DNA from: an uncultured Candidatus Saccharibacteria bacterium
Lineage (GTDB): Bacteria; Patescibacteriota; Minisyncoccia; Phycocordibacterales; PCTT01
DNA: 64,000 bases
Reading direction: 5' to 3'
Assembly (NCBI GenBank): GCA_964566505.1
Contig: CAZMIM010000001.1
Coordinates: 199,690-263,689, forward strand
Under the pieces are notes generated by a model that saw only the letters and a list, made by a program, of their open reading frames with translations, ran no database searches and had not been told where the DNA came from. Shown one piece after another: positions 10,003 to 20,589 of the stretch (position 1 is the stretch's first letter; each line of letters starts with the position of its first letter). The translations under genes and the position numbers were made by a program.

Positions 10003-10297
10003 AAATGTTTACTTGGTGAGCGAAGCGAGCTTAGAAAACATTTACCCGCCTCAGTTTTTGCTTTTGCAAAAAATGTGTGCGGGTAAGTCGAAAACCTACC
10101 AATCCGCCATATTTTCGCCCTGCGAAACTAAGGCGGATGTGTAAATTATAGTCATTTTCATTCCTTAATTTACTACAAAATGCACCAAAAGGCGCACCTT
10201 TTTAGATACTGTATTATAGCAAAAATATCGCTTTACCTCAATCTATTTACAGAAAAGAGAAAGTGGAAAAGTGGCTTAAAATAGAGTCTATTTTCGT

Positions 10298-12154
10298 TTA
10301 TCGAACCTCAAAACCGTCTTGCGAGTTGAGAGTGTTTGTAACCTTATCCATAACCTCATTTACCTCACTGTCTGTAAGGGTTTTATCCATTGATTGAAAC
10401 ACCATTCGCAAACCATATGACACCCGTCCATCTTTTTTAAACTCATCAAATGGATACATATTTACCAGAAGATTGCTAGCATTTTCTCTAATAATATTTT
10501 CAAGCTCTTCTTGCGCCACTGACTCAGGCACCCACACTGCAATGTCTCGAAGTACAAAAGGATACTGTGAAATCTCTTTGTATTCTTTTCCATCAAAAGA
10601 AAGTTCTTCTAGGTCATCATAATTCTCTGGATCTGGAAGTTTTTCAAACAGCTCACTTAGATTCACTATCATGTTTTCTACCACCAGATCTATACCAAGA
10701 GCTTCTTTGAGTATTTCTGAGACATCTTCTGAAGCAATGAGTTCTACCCTCTCATCATCTTTTGAAAATACTGTTCCTATTTCAAATATTCTTACATTAT
10801 CTGTACCCAAAAGTGGTGCATTGTGTCTTGCGTGCTCAAGCGCTTTTTCAAAACCAATAGAAAGTGTTGGGCGAAGAAACCCTTTGTCTTGAGCCATCGG
10901 CTTTTGAAGCTCTATCTCTCCCTCATCCACAAATGAATATGTTGAAACTTCTGAAAAGCCTTCCCGTACCAAAATATCTTTGATTTTGTTTATCCAATAA
11001 AACTCTTTATGAATCTCCACCGGACCATGTCCTTCGTATGCTTTTTCTTCTTCTATATTTTGATATCCATATACGCGCGCAATCTCCTCTATCACATCCT
11101 CCTCAATATTTATATCCAGCCTATAAAGCGGTCCAGATACATCAAATACACCTGATTCTTTTTCTTCATATGAAAAATCAAGTCTTTCAAATATGTTTTT
11201 AATCTCATCTATAGAAATATTTGTACCAAGTAATTTGTTTACACGCTCATGTCGTACACGAACTACTACTTTTTCTTGAGTATTAGGATATTCATCCAAA
11301 ACATCAGACAAAACCTCGCCACCAGCGAAATCTCTGATTAGCTTTGAAGCACGATTTGAAGCTTCGATGGCAAGCATGGGTGAAATACCTTTCTCAAACC
11401 GAGAAGATGCATCTGTACGAAGACCAAGAGTTTTTGATGTTTTTCGAATATTTTCTGCATCAAAGTTACAAACAGACAAAACAATAGTATGCGTATTCTC
11501 ATCAATACCAGAAACACTTCCTCCTTTTATGCCAGCGATATCAAGAGCCTTCTCATCGTCTGCAATCACCACCATGTCTTTAATAAGAGAAAATGTATTT
11601 CCATCAAGCGTCTCTATTTCTTCTCCATCTTTTGCCGTACGAATTGAAATATTTTTTACACCATCACCTGCAATTTTTTCATAATCAAATGCATGAACAG
11701 GCTGACCAAACTCATACATTACAAAGTTTGTAATATCTACAATGTTGTTAATGGAACGCTGTCCCATAGTCTCAAGACGCTCTACAAGCCATTCTGGTGA
11801 AGGCCCTACTTTTACATTTCGTATCACACGCTTTGTGGCACGTGGTACAAGAGTGCTGTCTTCTACAGAAAGTGCGAGCATGTCTTTTGACTGAAAGTCA
11901 GTAGTCTCTACCTCCGTATCAACCATCTTAAATGGCAAATTAAAAATAAGTGCTACTTCTCCTGCCATTCCTAAATAAGAAAGTGCATCATGCGCTCTGT
12001 TAGGAAGCACATCAATATCAATAATCGCATCTCCGTCTTTCTCCTCAAATCCTTCTACTTCAAATGAGTGAAGTCCTATTTGTTCCGCTATATCTTCTGT
12101 TTTTGGCATCTCACCATCTATGTATTGTGAGAGCCAGTCCTTTGAGAACAACAT
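10298..12154 (-). CDS. pheT: Phenylalanyl-tRNA synthetase beta subunit (short form)
   Basis: PNR.D, B3/4 (INNIVDITNFVM), B5 (RLDI..EEDVIEEIAR.YGY), C-terminal FDX-ACB; OB fold absent. Confidence 0.95.
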   Translation of the reverse strand: MLFSKDWLSQYIDGEMPKTEDIAEQIGLHSFEVEGFEEKDGDAIIDIDVLPNRAHDALSYLGMAGEVALIFNLPFKMVDTEVETTDFQSKDMLALSVEDSTLVPRATKRVIRNVKVGPSPEWLVERLETMGQRSINNIVDITNFVMYEFGQPVHAFDYEKIAGDGVKNISIRTAKDGEEIETLDGNTFSLIKDMVVIADDEKALDIAGIKGGSVSGIDENTHTIVLSVCNFDAENIRKTSKTLGLRTDASSRFEKGISPMLAIEASNRASKLIRDFAGGEVLSDVLDEYPNTQEKVVVRVRHERVNKLLGTNISIDEIKNIFERLDFSYEEKESGVFDVSGPLYRLDINIEEDVIEEIARVYGYQNIEEEKAYEGHGPVEIHKEFYWINKIKDILVREGFSEVSTYSFVDEGEIELQKPMAQDKGFLRPTLSIGFEKALEHARHNAPLLGTDNVRIFEIGTVFSKDDERVELIASEDVSEILKEALGIDLVVENMIVNLSELFEKLPDPENYDDLEELSFDGKEYKEISQYPFVLRDIAVWVPESVAQEELENIIRENASNLLVNMYPFDEFKKDGRVSYGLRMVFQSMDKTLTDSEVNEVMDKVTNTLNSQDGFEVR

Positions 12155-12156
12155 AT

Positions 12157-12882
12157 TTAAAATTGATTAGTTATACGCACATCTCCTTGGTAGAGAATAC
12201 GAACATCTGGAATACCTGTTTTAAGCATCACAAGCCTATCGATACCAACACCAAATGCAAACCCTTGGTATTTTTCTGAATCAATACCTACAGCCTCAAG
12301 TACTTTTGGATGTACCATTCCAGCTCCCATTATCTCAATCCAGGGATTGCCCTTACTTGAACCCTTTTGACCTTCTGGTCGTCTCATATCAAGCTCTACA
12401 CCCGGTTCTACAAACGGAAAGTATCCAGGACGCATACGTACGTCCATTTCTTCTCCATAAAACTCTGAGAGAAATTTCTTTAGTACTCCACGAAGTGTAG
12501 CAAGAGAAACATTCTCACCAATCATCAAACCTTCGAGCTGATTAAACTGTGCTTCATGTGTAGCGTCTGTTGCTTCATATCGAAAAACCTTTCCAGGAGC
12601 AATAATGGCAAATGGAGGTTTGTGATTTTCCATAAACCTAATTTGTACAGGAGATGTATGAGTACGAAGTAGTTGTCCAAGCTTATTTTCCTTAAGCCAA
12701 AATGTATCCCACATGTCACGCGCCGGGTGATTCTCAGGAATATTTAGAGCATCAAAATTATAATGTTCTGTCTCTATTTGTGGACCTGATGCGATATCAA
12801 ATCCCATATCAGAAAAGATTCTATTAATCTCTCGGATAGCAGTAGTAATAGGATGATGGTGTCCTTTAGGTTTTTCTTTCAT
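12157..12882 (-). CDS. pheS: Phenylalanyl-tRNA synthetase alpha subunit (N-terminally reduced)
   Basis: HPARDMWDTF, LRTHTSPVQ, FPFVEP, GFAFGVGIDR. Confidence 0.95.
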   Translation of the reverse strand: MKEKPKGHHHPITTAIREINRIFSDMGFDIASGPQIETEHYNFDALNIPENHPARDMWDTFWLKENKLGQLLRTHTSPVQIRFMENHKPPFAIIAPGKVFRYEATDATHEAQFNQLEGLMIGENVSLATLRGVLKKFLSEFYGEEMDVRMRPGYFPFVEPGVELDMRRPEGQKGSSKGNPWIEIMGAGMVHPKVLEAVGIDSEKYQGFAFGVGIDRLVMLKTGIPDVRILYQGDVRITNQF

Positions 12883-12927
12883 ATATAGGGCTTATTCTAG
12901 CTGAAATGTAGCGTAAATACAAAAATA

Positions 12928-13227
12928 TCAACCAGCTAAAAAATGTAAGATCTTTGGAACAACTTCACCAAAAATAAAATTAAATCGTTGTCCCAAATAA
13001 GGAAAAACATTAGTATCCAAAAAAGAAAGTAATAAATCTCCTATATTGGTTTTGTATATAACCCAAAAAATAAATATAGAAACTATGGACAATCTATATT
13101 GTTGCAACCATAAAGGTTGTTTAAATATATATTTCCTAGAACCTATACTTATCACTCTTTCCTCACCAAAATTTTTTAACAACCATTTTTTTGAATTTTC
13201 ACCAAAAAGTCCATCTTTATTAAACAT
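12928..13227 (-). CDS. Hypothetical protein (AT-rich)
   Basis: 99-aa ORF with one hydrophobic segment. Confidence 0.55.
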   Translation of the reverse strand: MFNKDGLFGENSKKWLLKNFGEERVISIGSRKYIFKQPLWLQQYRLSIVSIFIFWVIYKTNIGDLLLSFLDTNVFPYLGQRFNFIFGEVVPKILHFLAG

Positions 13228-13242
13228 TATAAATAAAGTATT

Positions 13243-13662
13243 TTAATTTATATATTTTTTACTTACAGAATAAAAAACAAATATACCTAATATGGTAAAT
13301 ATTGATTCTATAACCCAAAGTATTGTAGTGCCTGTTATTAGTATTCCCAAAAATCCAAACGCGATAGAGAAGAGCCCAAATACGGCCATAATTGATGTAG
13401 ATACTGTTACAACTTTTTTAGCATTAGAGATATAATATCTTCCCATAATCCACTTTGCTGAGTAGATTACTCCACCCCAAATTATCAGCACTCCAATAAT
13501 TCCCATGAAAATACTTGCAAATAATGAAGATTGATTGAATATTTCCAATAGATTGAATATGTACCCCAAAAAAATTCCTGCAATAATAGGAACAACAAAC
13601 CCAGAAGTTAAAAAATGGGTAATTCCTACATACCAGCCTCTTGCTTGTTTTAATTCTTTCAT
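13243..13662 (-). CDS. Hypothetical 4-TM membrane protein (AT-rich)
   Basis: Four hydrophobic helices; start at MKELKQ, downstream of the tRNA terminator. Confidence 0.65.
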   Translation of the reverse strand: MKELKQARGWYVGITHFLTSGFVVPIIAGIFLGYIFNLLEIFNQSSLFASIFMGIIGVLIIWGGVIYSAKWIMGRYYISNAKKVVTVSTSIMAVFGLFSIAFGFLGILITGTTILWVIESIFTILGIFVFYSVSKKYIN

Positions 13663-13711
13663 ATTATAAACGTTTTTATTTTTATAAACTTTTACAAACT
13701 TAAGTATAACA

Positions 13712-13739
13712 AAAATATCCCCCCAACGGGGGATATTTT
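13712..13739 (-). terminator. Terminator after tRNA-Thr
   Basis: AAAATATCCCCC/GGGGGATATTTT inverted repeat. Confidence 0.75.
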
Positions 13740-13743
13740 CTTG

Positions 13744-13817
13744 AGCCACCGGTCGGGTTCGAACCGACGACCTGCCGATTACAAGTCGGCTGCTCTAGCC
13801 AACTGAGCTACGGTGGC
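13744..13817 (-). tRNA. tRNA-Thr(TGT)
   Basis: GCCACCG acceptor stem, GCCGA-CTTGTAA-TCGGC anticodon arm, GGTTCGAACC T-arm; no encoded CCA. Confidence 0.95.
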
Positions 13818-13861
13818 ATTTAGGAGACCTTATTAAACTACAAAACGATATTTTTTACAAC

Positions 13862-14260
13862 CTATGCGTTCCAGTCAATCTCTCCTCCTTGTGTATCACG
13901 CTTGTGTTTCTCTATATCTTCAAGAAAGTCAGAGCGTTTATTTCCTCGTGCAAGTGTTCTTTCACCTTTGATAAAACGAGACATCTTGCTATCCCCATTA
14001 TTTATTTTTTGATATACACCTTGAGTTGTTCGTACCACAGAATCCTTGATAGCTTTTGTGGCTCGATGCATTTTTTGCGAGTCCATATCAGTCATATGCT
14101 CTCCAATGTGATTGCGCAAATATGTTGCAGAAGAGTCCATTGAGTCCATAAACCCCTTAGGATATACAGAAGCACCCGTTTTCATGTGACGCATCTTAAA
14201 AGCAAACACAAGAATGAGTCCTAGAAGCGCAATCGCGAAAAATATAATGAGTGAAATCAT
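13862..14260 (-). CDS. Hypothetical protein with N-terminal TM helix
   Basis: 132-aa ORF 6 nt downstream of tsf. Confidence 0.7.
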   Translation of the reverse strand: MISLIIFFAIALLGLILVFAFKMRHMKTGASVYPKGFMDSMDSSATYLRNHIGEHMTDMDSQKMHRATKAIKDSVVRTTQGVYQKINNGDSKMSRFIKGERTLARGNKRSDFLEDIEKHKRDTQGGEIDWNA

Positions 14261-14266
14261 GATAGA

Positions 14267-14854
14267 TTATGCCCCCACAGCAAATCGTGAGTAGCGAACA
14301 ATTTGGGTGTTTTCTCCAAATTTTTGAACAGCTGCTTTTACAAGATCATCGATTGTCTTGTCGCCGTCTTTGATAAATGTCTGATTCAATAGAACTTTGT
14401 CTTTGAAGTATGAATCCATTTTACCTTGAAGAATCTGTTCTTGCATTTCAGCTGGCTTGTCTTCTACCTCTTTTTTAAATACCTCAAGAGCTGCTTCTTT
14501 ATCAGCATCTGTAATATCTTCTGAAGCCAGGAATTGTGGGTTCATTGCTGCTACATGCATTGCAATATCTCGAGCAAATGCCTGAAACTCTTCATTTTTT
14601 GATACAAAGTCTGTCTCACATGCAATCTCTACCATTGCTCCTACACTTCCTCCTGCGTGAATGTATGAAGCCACAGTACCAGCCTTTAGAGTTCGGTCGC
14701 TCTTCTTCTCTGCAGTTGCTCCACTTCGCTTTTGCAAAATCACAACAGCCTGCTTGAAATCTCCCCCAGCCTCTTCAAGCGCTTTTTTACACTGCATAAT
14801 AGAGATGCCTGTTTCATCTCTAAGTTTCTTTACGTCTTCTGTGGTGATAGTCAT
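14267..14854 (-). CDS. tsf: Elongation factor Ts (short form)
   Basis: VKKLRDETG...CKKAL, CETDFV, IAMHVAA. Confidence 0.97.
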   Translation of the reverse strand: MTITTEDVKKLRDETGISIMQCKKALEEAGGDFKQAVVILQKRSGATAEKKSDRTLKAGTVASYIHAGGSVGAMVEIACETDFVSKNEEFQAFARDIAMHVAAMNPQFLASEDITDADKEAALEVFKKEVEDKPAEMQEQILQGKMDSYFKDKVLLNQTFIKDGDKTIDDLVKAAVQKFGENTQIVRYSRFAVGA

Positions 14855-14936
14855 GATAATTAGTTTAGAAAATTACTAAAAAGTAATTACGTTTAATTTA
14901 CAATGTTATATTCTAGCAAAAAATAATACAGCTGTA

Positions 14937-15656
14937 TTATTTCTTTGCGTTTTTGTATGCGTCTACAATCTCCCCAAGGAAGAATGAAATACTTTGCTTT
15001 GTTGAGTCGTTTCCTGGAATCACAACATCTGCTTTTGAATAATCACAGTCGTTGTTAGAAAGTGCAATAACTGGAATACCAAGTCGCTTTGCTTCAGCTG
15101 CTGCGATTGACTCCTTGTTTACATCAACAATAAATAGAGCTGCTGGACGAGTCTTCATATCAACAATTCCTCCAAACTTCTCCTCGAGTGTCTGGATTTC
15201 ACGAGTAAGAAGTAGTTGCTCCTTTTTAGTATATTTATCAAGCTCTCCTCGCTCTTGCTTTTCTTTCAGATCAATAAGCTTCTCTGCTCGCTTTTTAATC
15301 ATTTCAAAGTTTGTAAGAGTTCCTCCAATCCAACGCCTGATTACATATGGTTGTGAGATTGACTCTGCTGAATCAACAATTGCTTTTTGTGCCTCGTTTT
15401 TACTTGAAACAAAAAGAATTTGCTTTCCACCAGCTGCAAGCTCTGACACAAACTTCTTTGCGTACAAAAGTGCTTGGCTTGTTTTTTCAAGATCAAAAAT
15501 CTGTGTATTGCTCTTGTTTCCAAAGATAAAAGCCTCTGACGACGGGTGTCGCTTTGACTTTGAGTATCCGTAGTGCGCACCAACCTCAAACATACGCTCA
15601 ATAAGCGCTTGTTGATCTTTTGAAACAGCTGGTGTCTGTGTATTACTATCTGTCAT
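14937..15656 (-). CDS. rpsB: 30S ribosomal protein S2
   Basis: GAHYG, RWIGGTLTNF, IPGND; upstream of tsf. Confidence 0.97.
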   Translation of the reverse strand: MTDSNTQTPAVSKDQQALIERMFEVGAHYGYSKSKRHPSSEAFIFGNKSNTQIFDLEKTSQALLYAKKFVSELAAGGKQILFVSSKNEAQKAIVDSAESISQPYVIRRWIGGTLTNFEMIKKRAEKLIDLKEKQERGELDKYTKKEQLLLTREIQTLEEKFGGIVDMKTRPAALFIVDVNKESIAAAEAKRLGIPVIALSNNDCDYSKADVVIPGNDSTKQSISFFLGEIVDAYKNAKK

Positions 15657-15797
15657 TTCAATAAATTATTGTGAGTAATTAAATCATCACTCTGTGTGAT
15701 ATTTATACGCTAATACTGTCCGTATCGGCTGATACGGAAATAGAGTCCGTATGCCGAAGTAGAGTACCAAAAAACCCCATTTTTGGCAAGATTTACC

Positions 15798-16763
15798 TTA
15801 TTCCTCCCTTGAGTCAGCCTCTTGAAGTGCTTCTATAATATCTTCAATGTTTCCAGCCAAAATACCCTCAAGATTGTGCCATGACTCTTTTATACGGTGG
15901 TCAGTAACGCGATCCTGCAAAACATTGTATGTTCGTATCTTTTCACTTCTATCTCCTGTACCTACTTGTGATGCGCGCCTTTCTGAATATTTCTTTGCCT
16001 CTTCCTCTTCCTTCATTGCTTGGAGTCGTGCAGCAATAATACTCTTTGCTTTTTCTCGGTTTTTAGCCTGTGAGCGCTCTGCGGTAACCCGAACAGACAT
16101 ACCAGTAGGTTTATGTGTCATGCGTACTGCTGTTTCTACCTTGTTTACGTTTTGTCCTCCTTTTCCTCCTGAGCGTGAAAATTCAACTTCCAAATCGGCG
16201 TCATTTAGCTCTACATTTACCTTTTTGCGCATTGGCAAAATTGCAACTGAAGCAGTAGATGTATGAATACGTCCTGATTTTTCTGTTGCGGGCACACGCT
16301 GAACACGGTGAACACCTGTTTCAAATCGCAGGTTCTTGTATGCGTCTTGTCCTTTTATTTCAAAGCTTGCTTCTTTATATCCACCAAACGAGCTTGATGA
16401 ATCATCGTTTGGCGTAAAGCTCCACCCCATCTTCTGTGCATATTTCTCATACATCAAAGCCAGATCTTGTGCAAAAATAGCAGCCTCTTCACCACCTGCG
16501 CCAGCGCGTACTTCTAGAATAATGTGGTTTGGAGATTGCTCCTCCTCTTCTTCTACCTTTTGTATTTCTTCTATTTGAGTGAGTATTGCGTCAAACTGTG
16601 TTTGTATTGTTTTTCTCTCTTCTTGAGCAAGAGCCTCCATTGAAGGATCTTTTTCTATCATTGCCTCAAGCTCTTCTTTCTCAGCAGAAAGTCGCTCAAG
16701 CTCTGTCGCTAGAAAGCTTGTTTTTGGATTTTCTTTTAGCTCTTGTAGATTAAGGTCTTCCAT
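15798..16763 (-). CDS. prfA: Peptide chain release factor 1
   Basis: HRVQRVPAT (PxT), GGQ, GDRSEKIRTYN; TACTAT 7 nt before ATG 16763. Confidence 0.95.
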   Translation of the reverse strand: MEDLNLQELKENPKTSFLATELERLSAEKEELEAMIEKDPSMEALAQEERKTIQTQFDAILTQIEEIQKVEEEEEQSPNHIILEVRAGAGGEEAAIFAQDLALMYEKYAQKMGWSFTPNDDSSSSFGGYKEASFEIKGQDAYKNLRFETGVHRVQRVPATEKSGRIHTSTASVAILPMRKKVNVELNDADLEVEFSRSGGKGGQNVNKVETAVRMTHKPTGMSVRVTAERSQAKNREKAKSIIAARLQAMKEEEEAKKYSERRASQVGTGDRSEKIRTYNVLQDRVTDHRIKESWHNLEGILAGNIEDIIEALQEADSREE

Positions 16764-16835
16764 AGAATTTATAGTATCACGATTAGCACAAAGACCAGCA
16801 CACATATGGTGCTGGTCTCTTGTATATGTCTGTAG

Positions 16836-17096
16836 TTATTTTCCAGACCCTGCCTTTTTTGCTCGTGCTTTGAACTTCTCCACACGACCTGCTGTGTCAA
16901 CAATAGTCTCTTTTCCTGTGTAAAACGGGTGAGATGCGCTTGAGATTTCTACTGTATATAGAGGATATTCTTTTCCATCTTTATATTTTGCAGTTTTCTC
17001 TGTCTCTACTGTTGAATATACCAAAAAGTCCTCGCCACTAGTGTTGTCGCGAAAGATTACTTGTCTGTGATTTTCTGGATGAATATCTTTTTTCAT
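16836..17096 (-). CDS. rpmE2: 50S ribosomal protein L31 type B (Cys-free)
   Basis: MKKDIHP...[12 protein letters not shown]...GRVEKF. Confidence 0.95.
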   Translation of the reverse strand: MKKDIHPENHRQVIFRDNTSGEDFLVYSTVETEKTAKYKDGKEYPLYTVEISSASHPFYTGKETIVDTAGRVEKFKARAKKAGSGK

Positions 17097-17184
17097 GAGG
17101 GGTAGAGTACCATTTTATTTTCCATAAAACAAGAGAAAACCTCTAATACATAGTATTAGAGGTTTTACTGAGGGTTTTCTCGAT

Positions 17185-17496
17185 TCATGGAATCAAGCCT
17201 ATTTGAACGCCAGCTTGGGTTTTTTTGTGCTCGACACACATAACAAGCTTTTCATTAGGCTCAATCAAACAAGCTCCGTGTTTCTCTTTCAAAAATCCAG
17301 CTATAAGCTCGTAAGATCTATCTACCCCTACATAATTGACTCCTTCTTTTGAGTTCTTCCTCAGAAGCTTATTGAGTCCATCACCAACTCGTTTAAGCTG
17401 AGGTTTTGTAAGAGGTCTTGGAAATTTCACTAAAAGTTTCCTGACATTTCCGTCAGAAACTCTTCGAAGTTCTATTTCTATTATTTTTATGTTCAT
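17185..17496 (-). CDS. Hypothetical protein
   Basis: 103-aa ORF with GGAGG upstream and hairpin at 17136-17166. Confidence 0.6.
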   Translation of the reverse strand: MNIKIIEIELRRVSDGNVRKLLVKFPRPLTKPQLKRVGDGLNKLLRKNSKEGVNYVGVDRSYELIAGFLKEKHGACLIEPNEKLVMCVEHKKTQAGVQIGLIP

Positions 17497-17560
17497 AATA
17501 CACCTCCGTGTGTATTTCTTATTCCAAAGGCATACTACTTGGACAAAACTGAGTCGTCAA

Positions 17561-18910
17561 CTAACTTCTATTTAGAATATCAATAAGTCCTTGGTATTTT
17601 GCTGCGAGCTCCATCACGCCATCACCATAGAATGCATATGCAGGCTTGTTGGCATTTCCCCATCCAGCAAAGTATCGTAGCGCTGCTAGTCGCTCTGAAG
17701 CCCAAGTACCTTTGTCTGCTCCGTTATCTGCAAGTAGGTTTGCTGATGCCATAAATGCAGTTTGTGGATCCCAAGGATTTGAAGGGGCGTTGTTTCCAAG
17801 AAGCTTTCTAATGTAGTCTTTGTTTTGTTTATACACCCATTCTCCATTTGAGTTCTTTTCATATCCGCCATAATGAACCCATGTTGAAGGAATAAACTGA
17901 GCAGGACCCATAGCACCACCCCATCCATACCATGGCTTTTTAGATACTGGCAACTGATCTGGATCAAGACCAAGTGTTCGTGCAATCACCTCAAATACAG
18001 GCCTGTCGCGTGTTGGGTGCATATCAGTACGCCAGTTTCCTGTTCCTACATTTGCACCAAGGTTAGACTCTTGTGCAATCACTCCAAGAATAAATGCTGG
18101 CCGTACACCTGTTTGTTTTGATGCAAAGTTTGCATACTCAAGCGCCTTTTCAAAAGGAATTGCACTTGAACCACGCAAAGAGAAGAGTTCTGAGCGAATC
18201 TGTGCTGCGCTCTTTTCTTTTTCATTTAAAATCTGTTGATACACTGCCTCTACTCCCTTAGTGATCTCAAGCAGTTGTTGTTTTTCATCTTCTCTCTCTT
18301 CTATTTTTCGTTTCTCGAGAATCTGAATAGAACGAAGCTCTTGCTCCTCTTCTCTTTTGTTTTCAAGTGAAAGTTTTTGAGTTTGTGTATTCTCTTTTGC
18401 AACCTCAATTTCTTCAAAGGAATCCTGAAGACCCTCTTCTATAGCAGAAAATGAATCAAAGTCTTCAAAGAAATCAGATAGATTTTTGTTGCCCAAAACC
18501 ATCTCTACAAGTGAGAGTGAGTCGGTTTCGTATCTCTTACGTAAAAGCTGTGCAAGCGATCTCTTTTCACGCTCAAGCTCTGCGGAAAGGGATTCTATTG
18601 TTCCTTGTTTGCCTACAATATCGTTTGTGAGATTTCTGATTGTTAGGTCACGTGCCTGAATAGCAAGCTGTGACTTTCTAATCTGTGCAGTCAAAATAGC
18701 AACATCACGCTCAAGAGATTGTGTTTCTTCTCGTTTACCATTGAGAATTGCTTCTTGTTGTGCAATTTCTTCTTCAAGAACATCAAGCTCTCTTTGAAGC
18801 TCTGCTCGCCTTGCATCCACTTGAGAGCTTGCTTGTGCATGCACGTCATAAACCCCCAAACAAAATGCGGTGAGAAAAAAATATCCGAGCAATAATACTC
18901 GCGTCTTCAT
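17561..18910 (-). CDS. Secreted coiled-coil protein with C-terminal lytic murein transglycosylase domain
   Basis: Signal peptide, long coiled coil, ESNLG, GAMGPAQFIPSTW. Confidence 0.85.
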   Translation of the reverse strand: MKTRVLLLGYFFLTAFCLGVYDVHAQASSQVDARRAELQRELDVLEEEIAQQEAILNGKREETQSLERDVAILTAQIRKSQLAIQARDLTIRNLTNDIVGKQGTIESLSAELEREKRSLAQLLRKRYETDSLSLVEMVLGNKNLSDFFEDFDSFSAIEEGLQDSFEEIEVAKENTQTQKLSLENKREEEQELRSIQILEKRKIEEREDEKQQLLEITKGVEAVYQQILNEKEKSAAQIRSELFSLRGSSAIPFEKALEYANFASKQTGVRPAFILGVIAQESNLGANVGTGNWRTDMHPTRDRPVFEVIARTLGLDPDQLPVSKKPWYGWGGAMGPAQFIPSTWVHYGGYEKNSNGEWVYKQNKDYIRKLLGNNAPSNPWDPQTAFMASANLLADNGADKGTWASERLAALRYFAGWGNANKPAYAFYGDGVMELAAKYQGLIDILNRS

Positions 18911-18960
18911 ATCTGTATTATACCAAAAATAAAAAATGCGACCGAGAGGGTCGCATTCGA

Positions 18961-19623
18961 TTATTCTTCTTTGGGAGCTTCCTCTTTTGGAGCCTCGTCT
19001 GAAGCACTTTCCTCCTTTCCTTTTTCTTCAACTTCGATTGAATCAAAGTCTACTTCTTCTGGTTCCTCTGGCTCTTCAATCTCTTTTGCCTCTGTTGCTA
19101 GAACAATCACATCTTCTGGATCAGCTGTTGGCTCAACTTCATCGCCAAATGAAATATCTGAGATAGTGATTTTATCATCAATTTTTTCAAGAGATGAAAC
19201 ATCTACCACGATTTCATGTGGGAGCTTTGTTGCAGGGGCCTCAACTTCAATTTCATGAAGTACTTTAACCAAAACTGCTCCTTCTTTTTCTGCCGGTGCT
19301 TCTCCAGTAAATTCTACTGGGATTGTAACTGTTACCTTTTGACCCTTCTCAAGTGCGTAGAAATCTACATGAACTGGCTCATCTGAGACTGGGTGAATAT
19401 CTACACGGTGAATAAGCACTTCGTGATCTTCTTTTCCATCATTGAGTGAAATCACTGTAGACTCTCCAGCTTCTTTGTATACCTTCTTAAAATCTGAGAT
19501 TTGTACTGAAATAGGAGTTGATTCAGTCTTTTTTCCATAAACAACAGCGGGAAGAACGCCTTCTCCTCGAAGATTCTCTGTGTTGTCTTTAGTATTTCGC
19601 TGTGTTGCATTAAGCGTAATCAT
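18961..19623 (-). CDS. rplY: 50S ribosomal protein L25/Ctc
   Basis: LR.EG.LPAVVYG, HVDFY, acidic tail. Confidence 0.95.
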   Translation of the reverse strand: MITLNATQRNTKDNTENLRGEGVLPAVVYGKKTESTPISVQISDFKKVYKEAGESTVISLNDGKEDHEVLIHRVDIHPVSDEPVHVDFYALEKGQKVTVTIPVEFTGEAPAEKEGAVLVKVLHEIEVEAPATKLPHEIVVDVSSLEKIDDKITISDISFGDEVEPTADPEDVIVLATEAKEIEEPEEPEEVDFDSIEVEEKGKEESASDEAPKEEAPKEE

Positions 19624-19664
19624 GAAGGTCGATTATACAGACTTGAACACAAATTACAAGGGTA

Positions 19665-20534
19665 TTAAGCCTTTTTTGTACTAAATAGCTCTATTCTACG
19701 TTTTGAAACTTGTTCAAAGCCTGAAATTGCTTTTTGTGTGTATTTATATGGAGCAACCTCATCTGGTTTTTCATTTAATTCAGCCCGAAGTCCATCAGTA
19801 TATGCCTTTCTTAGCTCTGTGCTTATGTGGACCATGTGCATTCCTCCCTCTATAGCAGACACAAAATCTTCATCAGATAAGCCTGAGCCACCGTGAAGAA
19901 CAAGCGGAACATTTGTTTCTTGTGCTATTTCTCTTATTCTGTCTATATTCAAATTTGGATTCTGACCCCCCTTCAACATTCCATGGAGATTACCGACTGC
20001 AGGAGCAAACAAATCTACACCTGTTTCTTGTACAAACCTCACGGCGTCATTAACTGTAGTTAGTGAGTCATCAGTAATCTGAGCTCCTTCTGGTATTTCA
20101 TCAAGTAGTTTTGATGATGAGCCAATGTAGCCCATTTCTCCTTCTACCAAAATATCTCTTTTCTGTGCCCTCGCATACGAAACACACTCCTTTGCTATGC
20201 GAATATTGTCTTCAAGTGATTCTTTTGCTCCGTCATACACAACCATGTCATATCCTGCATCAATCGCTTCTACAACTCGCTCATATGAGTATGTGTGGTC
20301 AGCGTTTGAAAAAACAGAAACACCCTTTGATTGTGCATTTCTGATAATAGAAATGAAATTATCTACACATATATAGTCACGCTCACCTTCTGATGTTCCA
20401 ATCACAATGGGTGTTTTCATTTCTTGGGATAGACGCACCAATGCATTAACCATTTCAATATTTGAAACATTAAAATGAGCAAGTGCAATACCATTATTTC
20501 GTGCCTCACTAATATGTTCTCGCAGAGTTTTCAT
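19665..20534 (-). CDS. fba: Class II fructose-bisphosphate aldolase
   Basis: ADH, VEGEMG, VGNLHG, LVLHGGSG; TATAAT 7 nt before ATG 20534. Confidence 0.92.
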   Translation of the reverse strand: MKTLREHISEARNNGIALAHFNVSNIEMVNALVRLSQEMKTPIVIGTSEGERDYICVDNFISIIRNAQSKGVSVFSNADHTYSYERVVEAIDAGYDMVVYDGAKESLEDNIRIAKECVSYARAQKRDILVEGEMGYIGSSSKLLDEIPEGAQITDDSLTTVNDAVRFVQETGVDLFAPAVGNLHGMLKGGQNPNLNIDRIREIAQETNVPLVLHGGSGLSDEDFVSAIEGGMHMVHISTELRKAYTDGLRAELNEKPDEVAPYKYTQKAISGFEQVSKRRIELFSTKKA

Positions 20535-20589
20535 ACACAATATTATATCATTTGTAAAAAATGTTTCGTGATACAATTTAATGTATGAA

